A stretch of 64,000 bases of DNA from Dudresnaya verticillata. Lineage: Eukaryota. The stretch lies in assembly GCA_977862235.1 (NCBI GenBank), contig OZ374559.1, positions 992,001-1,056,000 on the forward strand, read 5' to 3'. A program made the translations under genes and the position numbers. The notes beneath the pieces are model-generated. The model saw only the letters and a program-made list of their open reading frames with translations. It was not told where the DNA came from and did not search any database. Positions 62,980-64,000 of the stretch are shown here, in pieces (positions within the stretch are counted from its first letter, which is position 1; the number at the start of each line of letters is the position of its first letter).

Positions 62980-63670
62980 AGGCGCGGGAGCTCAAGGCGT
63001 TCGAGTCTTAACGGTTAGGTAACAAGGTTAGTGATGTGCCTTGTCCAGTCTTCGCTGCACCTTCCGAGATAAGGCATTAGCGTGGACGCCGCGAGTGCGG
63101 AACAAGGAAACTTACTACTCATAAGACAACCGTCGTAAAGCTAGTTCGGGACGCAGAGCCGTTCTACACGTAGAGCTCGCTGATGAGCAGTTCCAGCCGC
63201 CTCGACTTTGCCCAACGAAGGAGCTCGAGGCCCGCGCCAGAAGGGAAAGGCTTGTACCTTCGCCGCGAATTTGATCCCAACGATGCGAGAGGCTAATTGG
63301 TCCAAGCTCGGACATCGGAGTGAATACATTGGCCCAAGTGGCCCCAATGAATGCGAACGGTACACGTTGCCTTTCGACACGTGTTCGACCTGTCACAATG
63401 GACACGTGTGAGACGTGAGAGGACTCTGAGGACCCGCCACACTTTCGCTTCCAGGTGGTCCAATAATACGCGTCGGAAAGATATTCGGCCCAATCATCTC
63501 CGCGGACCACTTCGCGTCGCGGATCAACTCTCTCGCGAGATGGATCTTGCGCTCTGCAAAGCAATAGCCCAACCGTTTCTCTTCACCTCTTCAGCGACCA
63601 GCAGTCGCCGTTCCCGTCGCCGCATCGCTCCTCCCCTCCACCGTCAGCGCTCACCATCACCACCACCGCC

Positions 63671-64000
63671 ATGGCAAAGAGGAAGAAGACAAAGAATCCC
63701 CCGCGCCGCCGGGCCCGCCCGCGCTCGAAGACCCCCACTACCTTGCTCGACCTGCCGGACGACGCCCTGCTCAAAATCCTGCGCCAACTCGGCCTCTGCC
63801 CCGACCTCGACACCCACGCCCTCCGCGCCGTATCCCCGGCCTTCGCCCTCGCTCTCACGTCCCGCCGCCTGCACAGTCTCTTCTGCGACGCCTTTGTCTC
63901 GCTGGATGCCCGCCTCATCCGCTTCCTCCCCCCGCCGTCCTTCCACCCCACGCACCGCGCCCCGCATCTCGCCTGGCTGCTGCGCCGCGCCCGCAACCTC
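63671..64000 (+). CDS. F-box protein, 5' part (runs off the window)
   Basis: GCCATGG start; MAKRKKTKNPPRRRAR basic NLS-like segment, then LLDLPDDALLKILRQL; no stop before 64000. Confidence 0.75.
   Translation, partial: MAKRKKTKNPPRRRARPRSKTPTTLLDLPDDALLKILRQLGLCPDLDTHALRAVSPAFALALTSRRLHSLFCDAFVSLDARLIRFLPPPSFHPTHRAPHLAWLLRRARNL

Overview
Eukaryotic genomic DNA with compact, apparently intronless host genes. A red-algal source is my inference from gene style and TE types, not something the sequence proves. A segmental duplication (about 2620-10200 and about 51670-57160) carries a GT61-like glycosyltransferase and a convergent alpha/beta-hydrolase-like gene; hydrolase copy 1 is a pseudogene. 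Between the copies lies a roughly 37.5 kb nest of Ty3/Gypsy chromoviruses (10208-47742). It holds two TSD-flanked full-length elements (10480-19770, TSD GCGGC; 30472-43646, TSD CATGG), one 5'-truncated element (about 24769-47742), a truncated inverted relative of element 1, and several LTR remnants. Three TA-flanked Tc1/mariner-pogo-type MITEs sit in the duplicated blocks. The right end encodes a RING-H2 protein, a tandem DUF302-like protein with a signal peptide, and the start of an F-box protein. The most interesting signal: two chromovirus families with non-alignable LTRs each carry a homologous ~2.3 kb antisense ORF between pol and the 3' LTR. It has no domain I recognise and is a candidate undescribed accessory gene.
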